From: a virus
IMG/VR virus record: IMGVR_UViG_3300044681_000369
Coordinates: 32,001-96,000 of that record
Length of the DNA stretch: 64,000 nucleotides
Reading direction: 5' to 3' (one strand)
The stretch's first letter is position 1; the number at the start of each line of letters is the position of its first letter. This document shows, piece by piece, positions 44,554 to 53,137 of this stretch. The position numbers were made by a program, and so were the translations under genes. The notes beneath the pieces are model-generated. The model ran no database searches. It was given only the letters and a program-made list of their open reading frames with translations, and was not told the DNA's origin.

Positions 44554-46116
44554 TTAGTAAGTGCCACCGTCGATGTTGCCAAACGATGGGGCATTACCTG
44601 AACCATTTGATAGAAGAACCTGACCGGCTGTGCCTACTGCGGTTGCCTGAATGGCGCTTGTGCCGCCACCAAAGAGAACACCGTTAGCAGTTAGCGTTGT
44701 TGCGCCAGTACCACCATCTGCTACACCGATTGCAGCCGAAAGACCGGAAACTGTGCCGCCAGATAGTGAACCCTCAAGGTTAGCAACAAGTGTTGCTACT
44801 GTGTAACCCGAACCGGCAACGTCAACAGTTGTTGTTGGTGCAGATTGTAGATCCTTGAAGAGTCTCCACTTGCCGTCAGTAGCATCACGGAATAGACCGG
44901 CATAGAGGTCCTGTGAGCCTGTCGAATCGTACATACCGAAGAGACCGAGGTCAACTGCGTCGGTTGCGTTATTGTCGTTACCAACAAAGATGAGTGGGTC
45001 AGTTACAGAAATCGTTGACGAGTTGACAGTTGTGGTTGTACCAGTTACTGTCAAGTTACCGGCAACAGTGATGTTACCAGCAGTGATATCGTCCGAATAA
45101 AGTGTACCATCAACAGTTACGTCATTGAATGTTACGTTATCTGTGGTACCAACTGCCTGACCGATGCTTACAACACCATTAGTTACATCAACACCAGTGC
45201 CGGCTGTGATAGCTGCCTGCGCTCTTGCGTCTGTGAAGTAAAGGTTGTTTGCGCCTTCTTGCACATCGTCTGTATCGTGGTCTGATAGTGTGAAGCCTAC
45301 AACACCGCCGGCGTAAGTTAGATCGCCAGAAACGCTGATAGCTGCCTGCGCTCTTGCGTCTGTGAAGTAAAGGTTGTTTACACCTTCAGCTACAGTATCA
45401 GAATCACCTTGAGTGTAGCTAATTTCACCAGTTGATGAGTCATAGCTTAGTGAACCAGTGGCAGAGATTGCGCCTCTTGCGCGGGCGTCTGTATAATACT
45501 GATTGGTAGCACCTTCACCAATATCGTCTGTGTCTAGTACAACTGCACCGACTTCACCGTTTACGCTTGTAACGCCACCGGTTACGTTGATGACACCAGT
45601 AGAAGAGTCATAAGTTGCGGCGCCAGTTACGCTGATTGCACCACGTGCGCGGGCATCAGTAAAGTATAGGTTGCTTGAACCTTCGCTTAGACCATCTGTA
45701 TCGTGGTTGCTGATATCTGAAACTGTACCAGTTACGTTACCTGTTACGTTACCAGTTACGTTACCAGTTACGTCACCAGTAAGATCACCAGTTACGTCAC
45801 CAGTAAGATCACCAGTTACGTCACCAGTAAGGTCAGCGGTAATTACGCCTGCGCTGAAATTGCCTGAAGCATCACGCTTAACTAGTGTGCTTGCTGTGTT
45901 GGCATTTGTTGCTGAATCGACGGCAGAAGTATAAAACTTACCACCGATAGCTTCAATGACAGCACTACCACTTGAGTTTACGGACTCAATATAGAGTTTC
46001 GCACCTGCGCCATTATTACTGGCGTCTTCAGCATATGCCAACTCGCCTTCTAGCAAATCGCTAGTTGTTGGAGCGGCTGAACCGGAACTTCTCTTAATTT
46101 GAATAATTGTGGACAT
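44554..46116 (-). CDS. Fibre protein, KRS-type N-terminus, GxxT and EG.NLYFTDAR repeats, ends IDGGTY
   Basis: MSTIIQIKRS...EGELAY; (GDVT/GDLT/GNVT)n; 4 x EG..N.Y.TDARA. Confidence 0.8.
   Translation of the reverse strand: MSTIIQIKRSSGSAAPTTSDLLEGELAYAEDASNNGAGAKLYIESVNSSGSAVIEAIGGKFYTSAVDSATNANTASTLVKRDASGNFSAGVITADLTGDVTGDLTGDVTGDLTGDVTGNVTGNVTGNVTGTVSDISNHDTDGLSEGSSNLYFTDARARGAISVTGAATYDSSTGVINVTGGVTSVNGEVGAVVLDTDDIGEGATNQYYTDARARGAISATGSLSYDSSTGEISYTQGDSDTVAEGVNNLYFTDARAQAAISVSGDLTYAGGVVGFTLSDHDTDDVQEGANNLYFTDARAQAAITAGTGVDVTNGVVSIGQAVGTTDNVTFNDVTVDGTLYSDDITAGNITVAGNLTVTGTTTTVNSSTISVTDPLIFVGNDNNATDAVDLGLFGMYDSTGSQDLYAGLFRDATDGKWRLFKDLQSAPTTTVDVAGSGYTVATLVANLEGSLSGGTVSGLSAAIGVADGGTGATTLTANGVLFGGGTSAIQATAVGTAGQVLLSNGSGNAPSFGNIDGGTY
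45725..45835 (-). repeat. 12-bp tandem coding repeat (GDLT/GDVT/GNVT)
   Basis: accagttacgtc/accagtaagatc/accagttacgtt units on the plus strand. Confidence 0.85.
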
Positions 46117-46139
46117 ATTAGCCTATTCCTCTTTTTTTG

Positions 46140-46352
46140 TTAAAATGTGCCGCCATCTACGCGGGTTATTGTTTGCTCGTCCAGGGATTTTGCTTCCCAC
46201 TTCTTTGTTGTAGCATTATAAACTAAAGTGTCACCTTCACCTACATCGTCAATAACAACGTCCTTAAGAGACGAAACCAACACAGATGACTTTGTACTAA
46301 CGACACTTGTATTTATATTTTTTGTTAATGGAACGGTGACTTTAATTGCCAT
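46140..46352 (-). CDS. Small fibre adaptor ending VDGGTF
   Basis: L.DV...G.TLVYN....KW motif; C-term DGGTF. Confidence 0.7.
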   Translation of the reverse strand: MAIKVTVPLTKNINTSVVSTKSSVLVSSLKDVVIDDVGEGDTLVYNATTKKWEAKSLDEQTITRVDGGTF

Positions 46353-46681
46353 TATCTGGTAACCTCCGGATTAACAACTATGATGCCTTCTAACACACGC
46401 ATAGTCTCGCCATTTCCAGTAATTTCAACATCATAAACATATCTGCCGGCTTTTACTGCACCGGACTCGCTTGCAGATAACGAAATAATAACTTCACCAT
46501 CTAAAGGTGAAGATATTGTTGCATTCAAATCGATATAAGTATTAGTATAATACGACCGACGCATTTGAGCGGCAGCAGTATAATCAGACAAGTCCAACGG
46601 TTCGTCAGTCTGATCATTAACATTGAGTGAAGCGTTAAATGTACTTCCTTGATCAATGTAAAGATTTTTGATTGTAGCCAT
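46352..46681 (-). CDS. Conserved T4-like virion structural protein (BppU-N-like adaptor)
   Basis: NLYIDQGSTF, LDL..Y...AQMR.SY, GRYVYDVEI, RVLEG...V.PEVT. Confidence 0.75.
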   Translation of the reverse strand: MATIKNLYIDQGSTFNASLNVNDQTDEPLDLSDYTAAAQMRRSYYTNTYIDLNATISSPLDGEVIISLSASESGAVKAGRYVYDVEITGNGETMRVLEGIIVVNPEVTR

Positions 46682-46690
46682 TAGGGACCT

Positions 46691-46721
46691 TATAAATTAT
46701 ATGGTGTTTGAGTTATTTATA
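46691..46721. promoter_or_regulatory. Overlapping bidirectional late promoters
   Basis: Minus-strand TATAAATA at 46714-46721; plus-strand TATAAATT (7/8 match) at 46691-46698 upstream of the GT cluster. Confidence 0.55.
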
Positions 46722-46735
46722 ATTGGGAAAATATC

Positions 46736-47422
46736 ATGAAGACCATTTTAATGCTAAAATATGGCACAAAATACTCTAAAATAGATGTTGATAGAATTAT
46801 TTCTGCCACCGGCGGAAAGTATCATTATGCTTGTATAACTGATGATCCAGATCTAGACCCTAGAGTCCAGATAATCCCTATTCCAGATGATATAGACGGA
46901 ACATTCCGCAAGATTTGGATGTACAGTCTGGAAAATCTGGGTGATATACTGTATTTAGACTTGGACGTTCGTATACAAAAAGATATCGATCACCTATGGA
47001 AATATATTGACAATACACCAACAATAGTGTATACTTATTGGAAAGATGTGGGTTTTGTAGATCAACCGCATAGTGGTTACAGTATGCAGTATCTAAGCAA
47101 CTACAACTCTAGTGCAGTCCTCTGGAAATCTGGATCTCCTGACGCTAAAATTATATGGGAAAAATTTTCCGAAGACCCAGATTACTATCAAATTAAGTAT
47201 TGGGGAGACGATAGATTTCTTTGGCACGAAGGATTCAAATTTAAATGGTTTCCAAAAGGCGAGTTCTACTCTTTTCTATATGGAGCAGACTTCTATGTTC
47301 CAGAGTTGAAGACATGTGATCGATATCGACCAGAATATACAATAGCACTATTAAACGGATTGGACTTATACCCGGAGCACGACAAATTATATGATGATCT
47401 TTCTAACAATAAAATGGGGTAA
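46736..47422 (+). CDS. GT-A fold glycosyltransferase-like protein, paralog 1
   Basis: KYG.KY, CITDD, LYLDLDV, NSSAVLW, GDD.F. Confidence 0.75.
   Translation: MKTILMLKYGTKYSKIDVDRIISATGGKYHYACITDDPDLDPRVQIIPIPDDIDGTFRKIWMYSLENLGDILYLDLDVRIQKDIDHLWKYIDNTPTIVYTYWKDVGFVDQPHSGYSMQYLSNYNSSAVLWKSGSPDAKIIWEKFSEDPDYYQIKYWGDDRFLWHEGFKFKWFPKGEFYSFLYGADFYVPELKTCDRYRPEYTIALLNGLDLYPEHDKLYDDLSNNKMG
47007..47035 (+). promoter_or_regulatory. Internal sigma70-type promoter
   Basis: TTGACA-17-TATACT inside GT paralog 1. Confidence 0.45.
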
Positions 47423-48167
47423 GAAATACCCAGCCAAGTATGTAAACAATCTATACAACATGGTAAAGAGAAACTATGTTGGAGACTTTAGATTTGTATG
47501 TTACACGGATGATCCTCAACGAATCAATAAAGAAATTGAAGTCGTTCCTATTCCAGATGACGGACTACTTCATCCAAAATACTACTTTGGTAAAGAAGAT
47601 TATTGCTTTGACCGAGCAAAATTCCTAGTATTCAACTCTGAAGAGTGGCTTGAAAATGTGTCTTTCGTGGACACATTTTGCTACTTCGATCTGGATGTTG
47701 TAATTCAAGGCGACATTAGCATTATCGATGATCTGGCACAAAAGCCCAGACTAATTCATTGCTTTTGGCAAAAACCAGGCTACGACAAAGATGATAGATT
47801 TTTTATCGATACTCGAGGAACATACTACAACTCAAGTATGATGCTTTGGTCTTATCGTCAATGCAGTCATATATACTACGATGTCTTCGAAAACAGAGAC
47901 ATCATTTTTAAGACCTTCTTCAAAGGCTCAGACAACTATCACTACTGGAGACAAAAGAACTTCTGGAAAAATATTCCAGAAACTTGGTGTTATTCTTGGA
48001 ACAGAGGTCGATATTATCCAGAAGATGTAGAAGCATTTAAGTTTAGACCAGATGCCGCAATCTGTTTATTCAATACGGATAATGTTCCAGATCCTGTGTC
48101 AAAAACTCACACAGAGTTAGACAAGTGTAAAGACAAAAACATCAAAAAATTATGGACGGCAAAATGA
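47391..48167 (+). CDS. GT-A fold glycosyltransferase-like protein, paralog 2
   Basis: KWG.KY...YVN.L, F.CYTDD, YFDLDVVI, NSSMMLW. Confidence 0.78.
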   Translation: MMIFLTIKWGKKYPAKYVNNLYNMVKRNYVGDFRFVCYTDDPQRINKEIEVVPIPDDGLLHPKYYFGKEDYCFDRAKFLVFNSEEWLENVSFVDTFCYFDLDVVIQGDISIIDDLAQKPRLIHCFWQKPGYDKDDRFFIDTRGTYYNSSMMLWSYRQCSHIYYDVFENRDIIFKTFFKGSDNYHYWRQKNFWKNIPETWCYSWNRGRYYPEDVEAFKFRPDAAICLFNTDNVPDPVSKTHTELDKCKDKNIKKLWTAK

Positions 48168-48991
48168 GAGTTAATTATATCTGTTGCAAATGGGGAACAA
48201 AATATGGTCCCGAGTTTGTCAATCGACTAAATCGGATGGCTAGACTAAACACGCCAGACAAATATGATGTACATTTCTATTGTTATACCGATGATGCTAA
48301 GGGACTAGACGAGAATATTACTCATATTGATTTTCCAGATATTCCAGAAATTCACCCTAAGTATTGGTTTGGATCTGATAACTTCAAGTATGGTATGGCT
48401 CGTTGCTGGGACAGACCAAAAACGATGATATTCAACACTCACAATTTTGCTCCAGACAAACCTACTGGCAAATTTATCTTTTTTGATTTGGACGTAATCA
48501 TCCAAAGTGATCTAACTCCGATAATTGAGTATGATTATGATAATCCTCGAAAGTTGCGCTCTTGGTGGCAAGATCCAAGACCTATGAAGACTAGACAATT
48601 CAAACTCAGTCACGGAGCATACACAAATGGCTCTTGTATGGCATGGATGGATGATCAGACTGAATGTATCTGGCAAGATGTTTTAGAAAATCAAGAGCGT
48701 ATATGGTTTACGTTCACAGATGGAACAGATAACTATCACAGTTGGCGTTGGGGAGATTTTAGACCTGACGGCAAACCACCTTTATGGAAACATTTTCCAA
48801 AAGAATTTGCGTACTCATATAACAGAGGAAGAGATTGGGATTCTAATGACCTAGAAGTAGGTATATATAGAAAAGATGCTATTATTTGTGTGTTCAATGT
48901 GGACTTGCTCCCATTCCAAGATAATAGTCGTGGTAAGGTAAAACAAGCATCGCTAGTTGATCCAGACCTATTAGCGCATTGGGATATATAA
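48164..48991 (+). CDS. GT-A fold glycosyltransferase-like protein, paralog 3
   Basis: KWGTKY, FYCYTDD, FFDLDVII, NGSCMAW. Confidence 0.78.
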   Translation: MRVNYICCKWGTKYGPEFVNRLNRMARLNTPDKYDVHFYCYTDDAKGLDENITHIDFPDIPEIHPKYWFGSDNFKYGMARCWDRPKTMIFNTHNFAPDKPTGKFIFFDLDVIIQSDLTPIIEYDYDNPRKLRSWWQDPRPMKTRQFKLSHGAYTNGSCMAWMDDQTECIWQDVLENQERIWFTFTDGTDNYHSWRWGDFRPDGKPPLWKHFPKEFAYSYNRGRDWDSNDLEVGIYRKDAIICVFNVDLLPFQDNSRGKVKQASLVDPDLLAHWDI

Positions 48992-48992
48992 A

Positions 48993-49676
48993 ATGATTAA
49001 CATTTATACAGTAAAGTGGGGACAGAAGTATGGTCCCGAAGCAGTAAACGCAATTCATGACCAATGTAAAAAATACATTACCGAAGAATTTGATTTTTAT
49101 TGCTTGACAGAATATCCTCACGATTTAAATCCGGATATTCTTGTTATTGATTTCCCAAAAGGAAATTACTATGAGAAATGGTGGAACAAACTCCATCTAT
49201 TTGACCCAAACGTTGTTTCTCAAAAAGGCGAAAAGTTATTTTTCGATTTGGATGTGCAGATACAATCGAATATTGATTGTATTGTAAACTACGATCCCGG
49301 GGATAAACTTACCTTTGTTAGAACATGCTGGCACAATTTGAAAAAAATGAAGCGAGATGTTAAAGATATTCCTTGGGCATATACTGAGCTAAACTCTTCC
49401 GTTTTACGCTGGAACGACATGTTTGACGGAAAGAAAATCACAAAGTTTGTTAAAGATTATCCTTCTCAAATGTTTTTCTACTATCGCGGTCTAGATAATC
49501 TTTTTGGTCATCAACGTGAAAGGCTGTTAAAGATTGATCATTTTCCAGACGGCTGGGTATACAGTTATAATAACGGCTATATATGGCCAACAGATGTGAG
49601 AAAGCACACCCTAAGAGAAGATCCGCTAATTTGTTTGTATGATTCTATGGAGCGACCAGAAGATGTTAAGCTATAA
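48993..49676 (+). CDS. GT-A fold glycosyltransferase-like protein, paralog 4
   Basis: KWGQKY, FYCLTE, WWNKL.LF, FFDLDV.I, NSSVL.W. Confidence 0.78.
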   Translation: MINIYTVKWGQKYGPEAVNAIHDQCKKYITEEFDFYCLTEYPHDLNPDILVIDFPKGNYYEKWWNKLHLFDPNVVSQKGEKLFFDLDVQIQSNIDCIVNYDPGDKLTFVRTCWHNLKKMKRDVKDIPWAYTELNSSVLRWNDMFDGKKITKFVKDYPSQMFFYYRGLDNLFGHQRERLLKIDHFPDGWVYSYNNGYIWPTDVRKHTLREDPLICLYDSMERPEDVKL

Positions 49677-50319
49677 CTTTTTGAATAATTATCGAAATTG
49701 GGGCGATGGCCTCGATAAGATTAGCCACGAAATGCCTTGGAAACATGAAGACTTTAGAAAGTCTTTGAATCCAAATACTATGGAAGCCGCAATCTGGTTG
49801 GTAGAAGAACTAAAGCCACTTTTGCCTAAAAATAAAGGACTAGATATTACTGTTCTTAATTCCTGGCTTGGTTTTCCTTTAGTTCCACTTCTTTGTGAAA
49901 ATCTTTCAATAACTAAAATCAACCTTATTGATGTTGATAATGATGCACTTGAGTTATCCAAAGTTTTTAATAGGTATTATGTCGAACAGGGTATTGATTT
50001 AAATCATATTAATTGGGATATACCTTTTGCATATCATGATATTAATGCCCTTGAAACAGATGTTGTCATCTCTATGTGTGCAGAAACCATGTATCCACTT
50101 AGAGAAATGACCACCGCAAACAAAAAGTGTATCTTTGCATGTCAATCTTCAAACGTGTTTAAAGAAATGTATGGCATAAATTGTGTGCCTACAATAGAAG
50201 CACACATTGAAAATGTAGGTATTAAGACTGCAAAGTATACCGGAGAGATTAAGCAGTTTTATTACAGCTTTGATGGTAAAACCGAATTTGATCGTTTTAT
50301 GGCAATAGGAACAAAATAA
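49663..50319 (+). CDS. Class I SAM-methyltransferase-like protein (degenerate motif I)
   Basis: ITVLNSWLG...INLIDVD...A...SK; DVVI..C.E.M pattern of Rossmann-fold MTases. Confidence 0.5.
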   Translation: MLSYNFLNNYRNWGDGLDKISHEMPWKHEDFRKSLNPNTMEAAIWLVEELKPLLPKNKGLDITVLNSWLGFPLVPLLCENLSITKINLIDVDNDALELSKVFNRYYVEQGIDLNHINWDIPFAYHDINALETDVVISMCAETMYPLREMTTANKKCIFACQSSNVFKEMYGINCVPTIEAHIENVGIKTAKYTGEIKQFYYSFDGKTEFDRFMAIGTK

Positions 50320-50320
50320 C

Positions 50321-51259
50321 ATGGGCAGAGTAAGAATTGTTGCACCACCTCCAGAAAACTTTATTCCTGTTCCGCTTGAGCAGACTCACGTATCCATTGA
50401 TGTAAACAACGATGGAGTAATTGATGTGAAAGATGAGATTGAATTAAAGCAAGACGAAGAATCTAGACTAAAACTAGAAGAAGAGATCAAAAGAAAGGAT
50501 GAAATTGCAAAGCAAATTCATCAAGACTTGCTAAAGAAAAAGAAGTTGGATGAAAAAAAGAAACTCCGGGCTGAAAAAGCGGCAACAAAAACTATATTGG
50601 CAACCAGAGAAAACTCTCAGCTTAAAGCAATTCTAAAGAAGAAAGATATTCAGATTGAAGAATTGCTCACAAAAATCTCGTCAATCGAAAGTTCTATTTC
50701 AGAAACTGCCTTAAAGCAAGAAGGCGCAATTGATCTAATGCGCAAAGAAATCTCTCTAATGAGAGAACAGAAGCTGGCAGCCGAAAAGGCTAGAGATGAA
50801 ACACTAATGAAATACCGTGAGCAATCTGTCGGACAATCTCAATTGAGAACCAAAGAATCTGCCAGAATTGTAGAACTAGAAACTGAACTAAAAGAAACCA
50901 AAGCAAAAATTCAAGTGGCTAGAGAAGAGGCATTACTGATCTTTAGAGAAGAACAGAGTCGAAAAAAAGAAACTCAGATCCGAGCCGCACAAGATTTGAA
51001 GATACAAAACATCAAGTCATCGTCAACCTGGTGGTCAAATTTTGTAGCTTTTGTAAAGCGCAAAAAGATTGAGTTGTCTATGGCAGGAATTACAAATTAT
51101 GAGGCGGCAGTTATTGTCCGAACAAAATTTGCAATTCCAAAAATGTTAGATGACATTGAGAGAATGCATGAGCAACTGGCAATCTTGGAAGAAATGATTG
51201 CTATGCTTGAAAAGAATAAGTCTAAGTCTCAGAAAGAGAACCAAAGTCCTGCCCAGTAA
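50321..51259 (+). CDS. Long coiled-coil protein with EF-hand-like loop
   Basis: DVNNDGVIDVKD; ~190-aa E/K/Q-rich helix; WWSNFVAFVKRKK amphipathic segment. Confidence 0.65.
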   Translation: MGRVRIVAPPPENFIPVPLEQTHVSIDVNNDGVIDVKDEIELKQDEESRLKLEEEIKRKDEIAKQIHQDLLKKKKLDEKKKLRAEKAATKTILATRENSQLKAILKKKDIQIEELLTKISSIESSISETALKQEGAIDLMRKEISLMREQKLAAEKARDETLMKYREQSVGQSQLRTKESARIVELETELKETKAKIQVAREEALLIFREEQSRKKETQIRAAQDLKIQNIKSSSTWWSNFVAFVKRKKIELSMAGITNYEAAVIVRTKFAIPKMLDDIERMHEQLAILEEMIAMLEKNKSKSQKENQSPAQ

Positions 51260-51878
51260 TATCTTCAATCATCATTTTCCAGAAACTCTCATCTGGAATA
51301 ACATAGCCTAATGTAATTCTTTTACTCTTGGAACCGGCACAGTGATACCACACTTTGTCGGTTTCACTTCTTCTGCCAAAATAGCCCACTTTAACTGACC
51401 ATCCTTTAGGATCCAAAAGAGTTACCATTTCTTTGGTAATAGGATCACGATACCTAAAATAACCAGCTTCAGCTTCTGGGTTGTATGTTAAAAGAATGTT
51501 ATATCCAGAAGCATTCCAGTTTGTGTGCCAGCCCATAAATCCGCCTTCTGGATAATAGACATGTACCGCGTTTGTCTTTGCACCCAAGAACGAGATTAAT
51601 TCTCTATTCAATAGACGTTGCTTTTCTCTGTGTGCTTCTGGTATACCTGGAGTTAAACTAATATCACAACAATATGCGACTTCAGGAAATCCAACGTGAT
51701 CTCCATCTTTTTTAACTATATGATCTAGGTACTCTTTGTTAGTTGCAGATTCCATAGTATGTCCATGGACTCTATCTGGTTCTTTTAGCTTTGCGTGATC
51801 CGTCTGAGAGAAAAACCAATCTGTATAAGGAGTAACGATATCTAAAAGCTCATCGCTAATTGTATTTGTAAACTTCAT
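51222..51878 (-). CDS. 2OG-Fe(II) oxygenase / cupin-like protein
   Basis: YPEGGFMGWHTN...WYHCAG...RITLG (HxN...H...R arrangement). Confidence 0.6.
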   Translation of the reverse strand: MKFTNTISDELLDIVTPYTDWFFSQTDHAKLKEPDRVHGHTMESATNKEYLDHIVKKDGDHVGFPEVAYCCDISLTPGIPEAHREKQRLLNRELISFLGAKTNAVHVYYPEGGFMGWHTNWNASGYNILLTYNPEAEAGYFRYRDPITKEMVTLLDPKGWSVKVGYFGRRSETDKVWYHCAGSKSKRITLGYVIPDESFWKMMIEDITGQDFGSLSET

Positions 51879-51881
51879 GTA

Positions 51882-52604
51882 TTATGCGTTCCTTATGGAC
51901 GGCGGCAAAGTATAGTGATGAATAATTTTAGGTTGACCTTTTAATTCTTCTTCTTTGTATCCGATAACAAAGTTCCAACGTGCGTCTGGATCAGGAAATC
52001 TTCCAGTCTTAACTCCCATGTTACCGTAAGTCAATAGACGCCACATTGTAAAGGTGTCCCATTCCAGTGCTTCTTTTGGATAATGTTCGTGATCGTATCC
52101 AGGTTCCTGTTGCTTTAGATACTCACCCCACCAAGCACTCATTAAATTGATTGTTTTTGGATTATGTCTGTAAACAAATAGTCCACAATGCTCTGTCATC
52201 TCTTCTGTGTTTGACAGCTTTGTGATTGCCGCGTTATATGGACGATTTGCTGTAAAGATAATATCAACGTTTTTTGGAATTTGATCGAAAATTGTTGTAA
52301 TATCTTCATGCACAATTTCAGTATCGCAATCCAAATATGCCGTTATATCATATGGAGTTTTGTCTAATGCCCAAAGTTTTGCCCGATGGTGTCTAGGAAC
52401 ACCATCGGTAATGATGTTCTCAAAAATTTCATAGTCTTCATCCTCTACCCACTCTTCATGCGTGAATAGAGTAATTTTAGCTTCAGGAAAATAATCTAAA
52501 AGAGATAACGCTGAATTCTTTGCGGCTAGATAGTAGCCTCTACGAAGAGATGCCACATAAAGAAATCCCTTTTTTACAATATTACCATCATTCTTCTGTC
52601 GCAT
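51882..52604 (-). CDS. GT-A (GT8-like) nucleotide-diphospho-sugar transferase
   Basis: GFLYVA, SA.SL, KL.AL..TPYD.T.YLDCD, GLFVY, RWN, I.HH. Confidence 0.75.
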   Translation of the reverse strand: MRQKNDGNIVKKGFLYVASLRRGYYLAAKNSALSLLDYFPEAKITLFTHEEWVEDEDYEIFENIITDGVPRHHRAKLWALDKTPYDITAYLDCDTEIVHEDITTIFDQIPKNVDIIFTANRPYNAAITKLSNTEEMTEHCGLFVYRHNPKTINLMSAWWGEYLKQQEPGYDHEHYPKEALEWDTFTMWRLLTYGNMGVKTGRFPDPDARWNFVIGYKEEELKGQPKIIHHYTLPPSIRNA

Positions 52605-53055
52605 TGTCTTCAGCCTGAATCAACATTACTGTATATGCCAAAACTTCGAATGAGTTTTTAGCTCTACGAATTTTAGATTTCAAAGTTTTATTCTTAGACT
52701 GTTTGACTACTGGAATTTCAAAAGCATCCAATTTTGCTTCAAATAGGGCTTCATCTTTACGTCTTTGTTCATCAACTTTGCTACGCTCAATTCTTTCCCT
52801 TACTTCACGATGTCTACGCTCTTCTCTTTGACGAGTGTTTGCATCAATTTCTTCTTCTGTAAACGCCTTCATTATGGCGTCATAGTCCGGATTATTTCCG
52901 CCTTCTCCAGACACAGATGCAGGTAGGCTTTTACCAGTATCTGGATAATACATAATAACCATTACCTGCTTCTGAGCCTTGTTTAGCCAGAAGGGTTCTT
53001 TATATTGTTTTGGAGTTTCCTTTTCAGGAGAGATTTCTACTTCCACTTCAATCAC
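52588..53055 (-). CDS. Hypothetical protein, possible fibre-assembly chaperone
   Basis: Immediately downstream of the needle fibre gene; helical C-terminus. Confidence 0.55.
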   Translation of the reverse strand: MIEVEVEISPEKETPKQYKEPFWLNKAQKQVMVIMYYPDTGKSLPASVSGEGGNNPDYDAIMKAFTEEEIDANTRQREERRHREVRERIERSKVDEQRRKDEALFEAKLDAFEIPVVKQSKNKTLKSKIRRAKNSFEVLAYTVMLIQAEDNATEE

Positions 53056-53093
53056 CTCATTAATGTTAAAATTACATACTATTATATAGTAGA

Positions 53094-53127
53094 GCCTGGA
53101 GGTGACCCCGTAGAGTCACCTCCAAGC
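53094..53127 (-). other. 15-bp hairpin with C(UACG)G tetraloop
   Basis: GCTTGGAGGTGACTC-TACG-GGGTCACCTCCAGGC, 10 nt after the stop of 53138..54574. Confidence 0.75.
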
Positions 53128-53137
53128 ATTTTTCATC

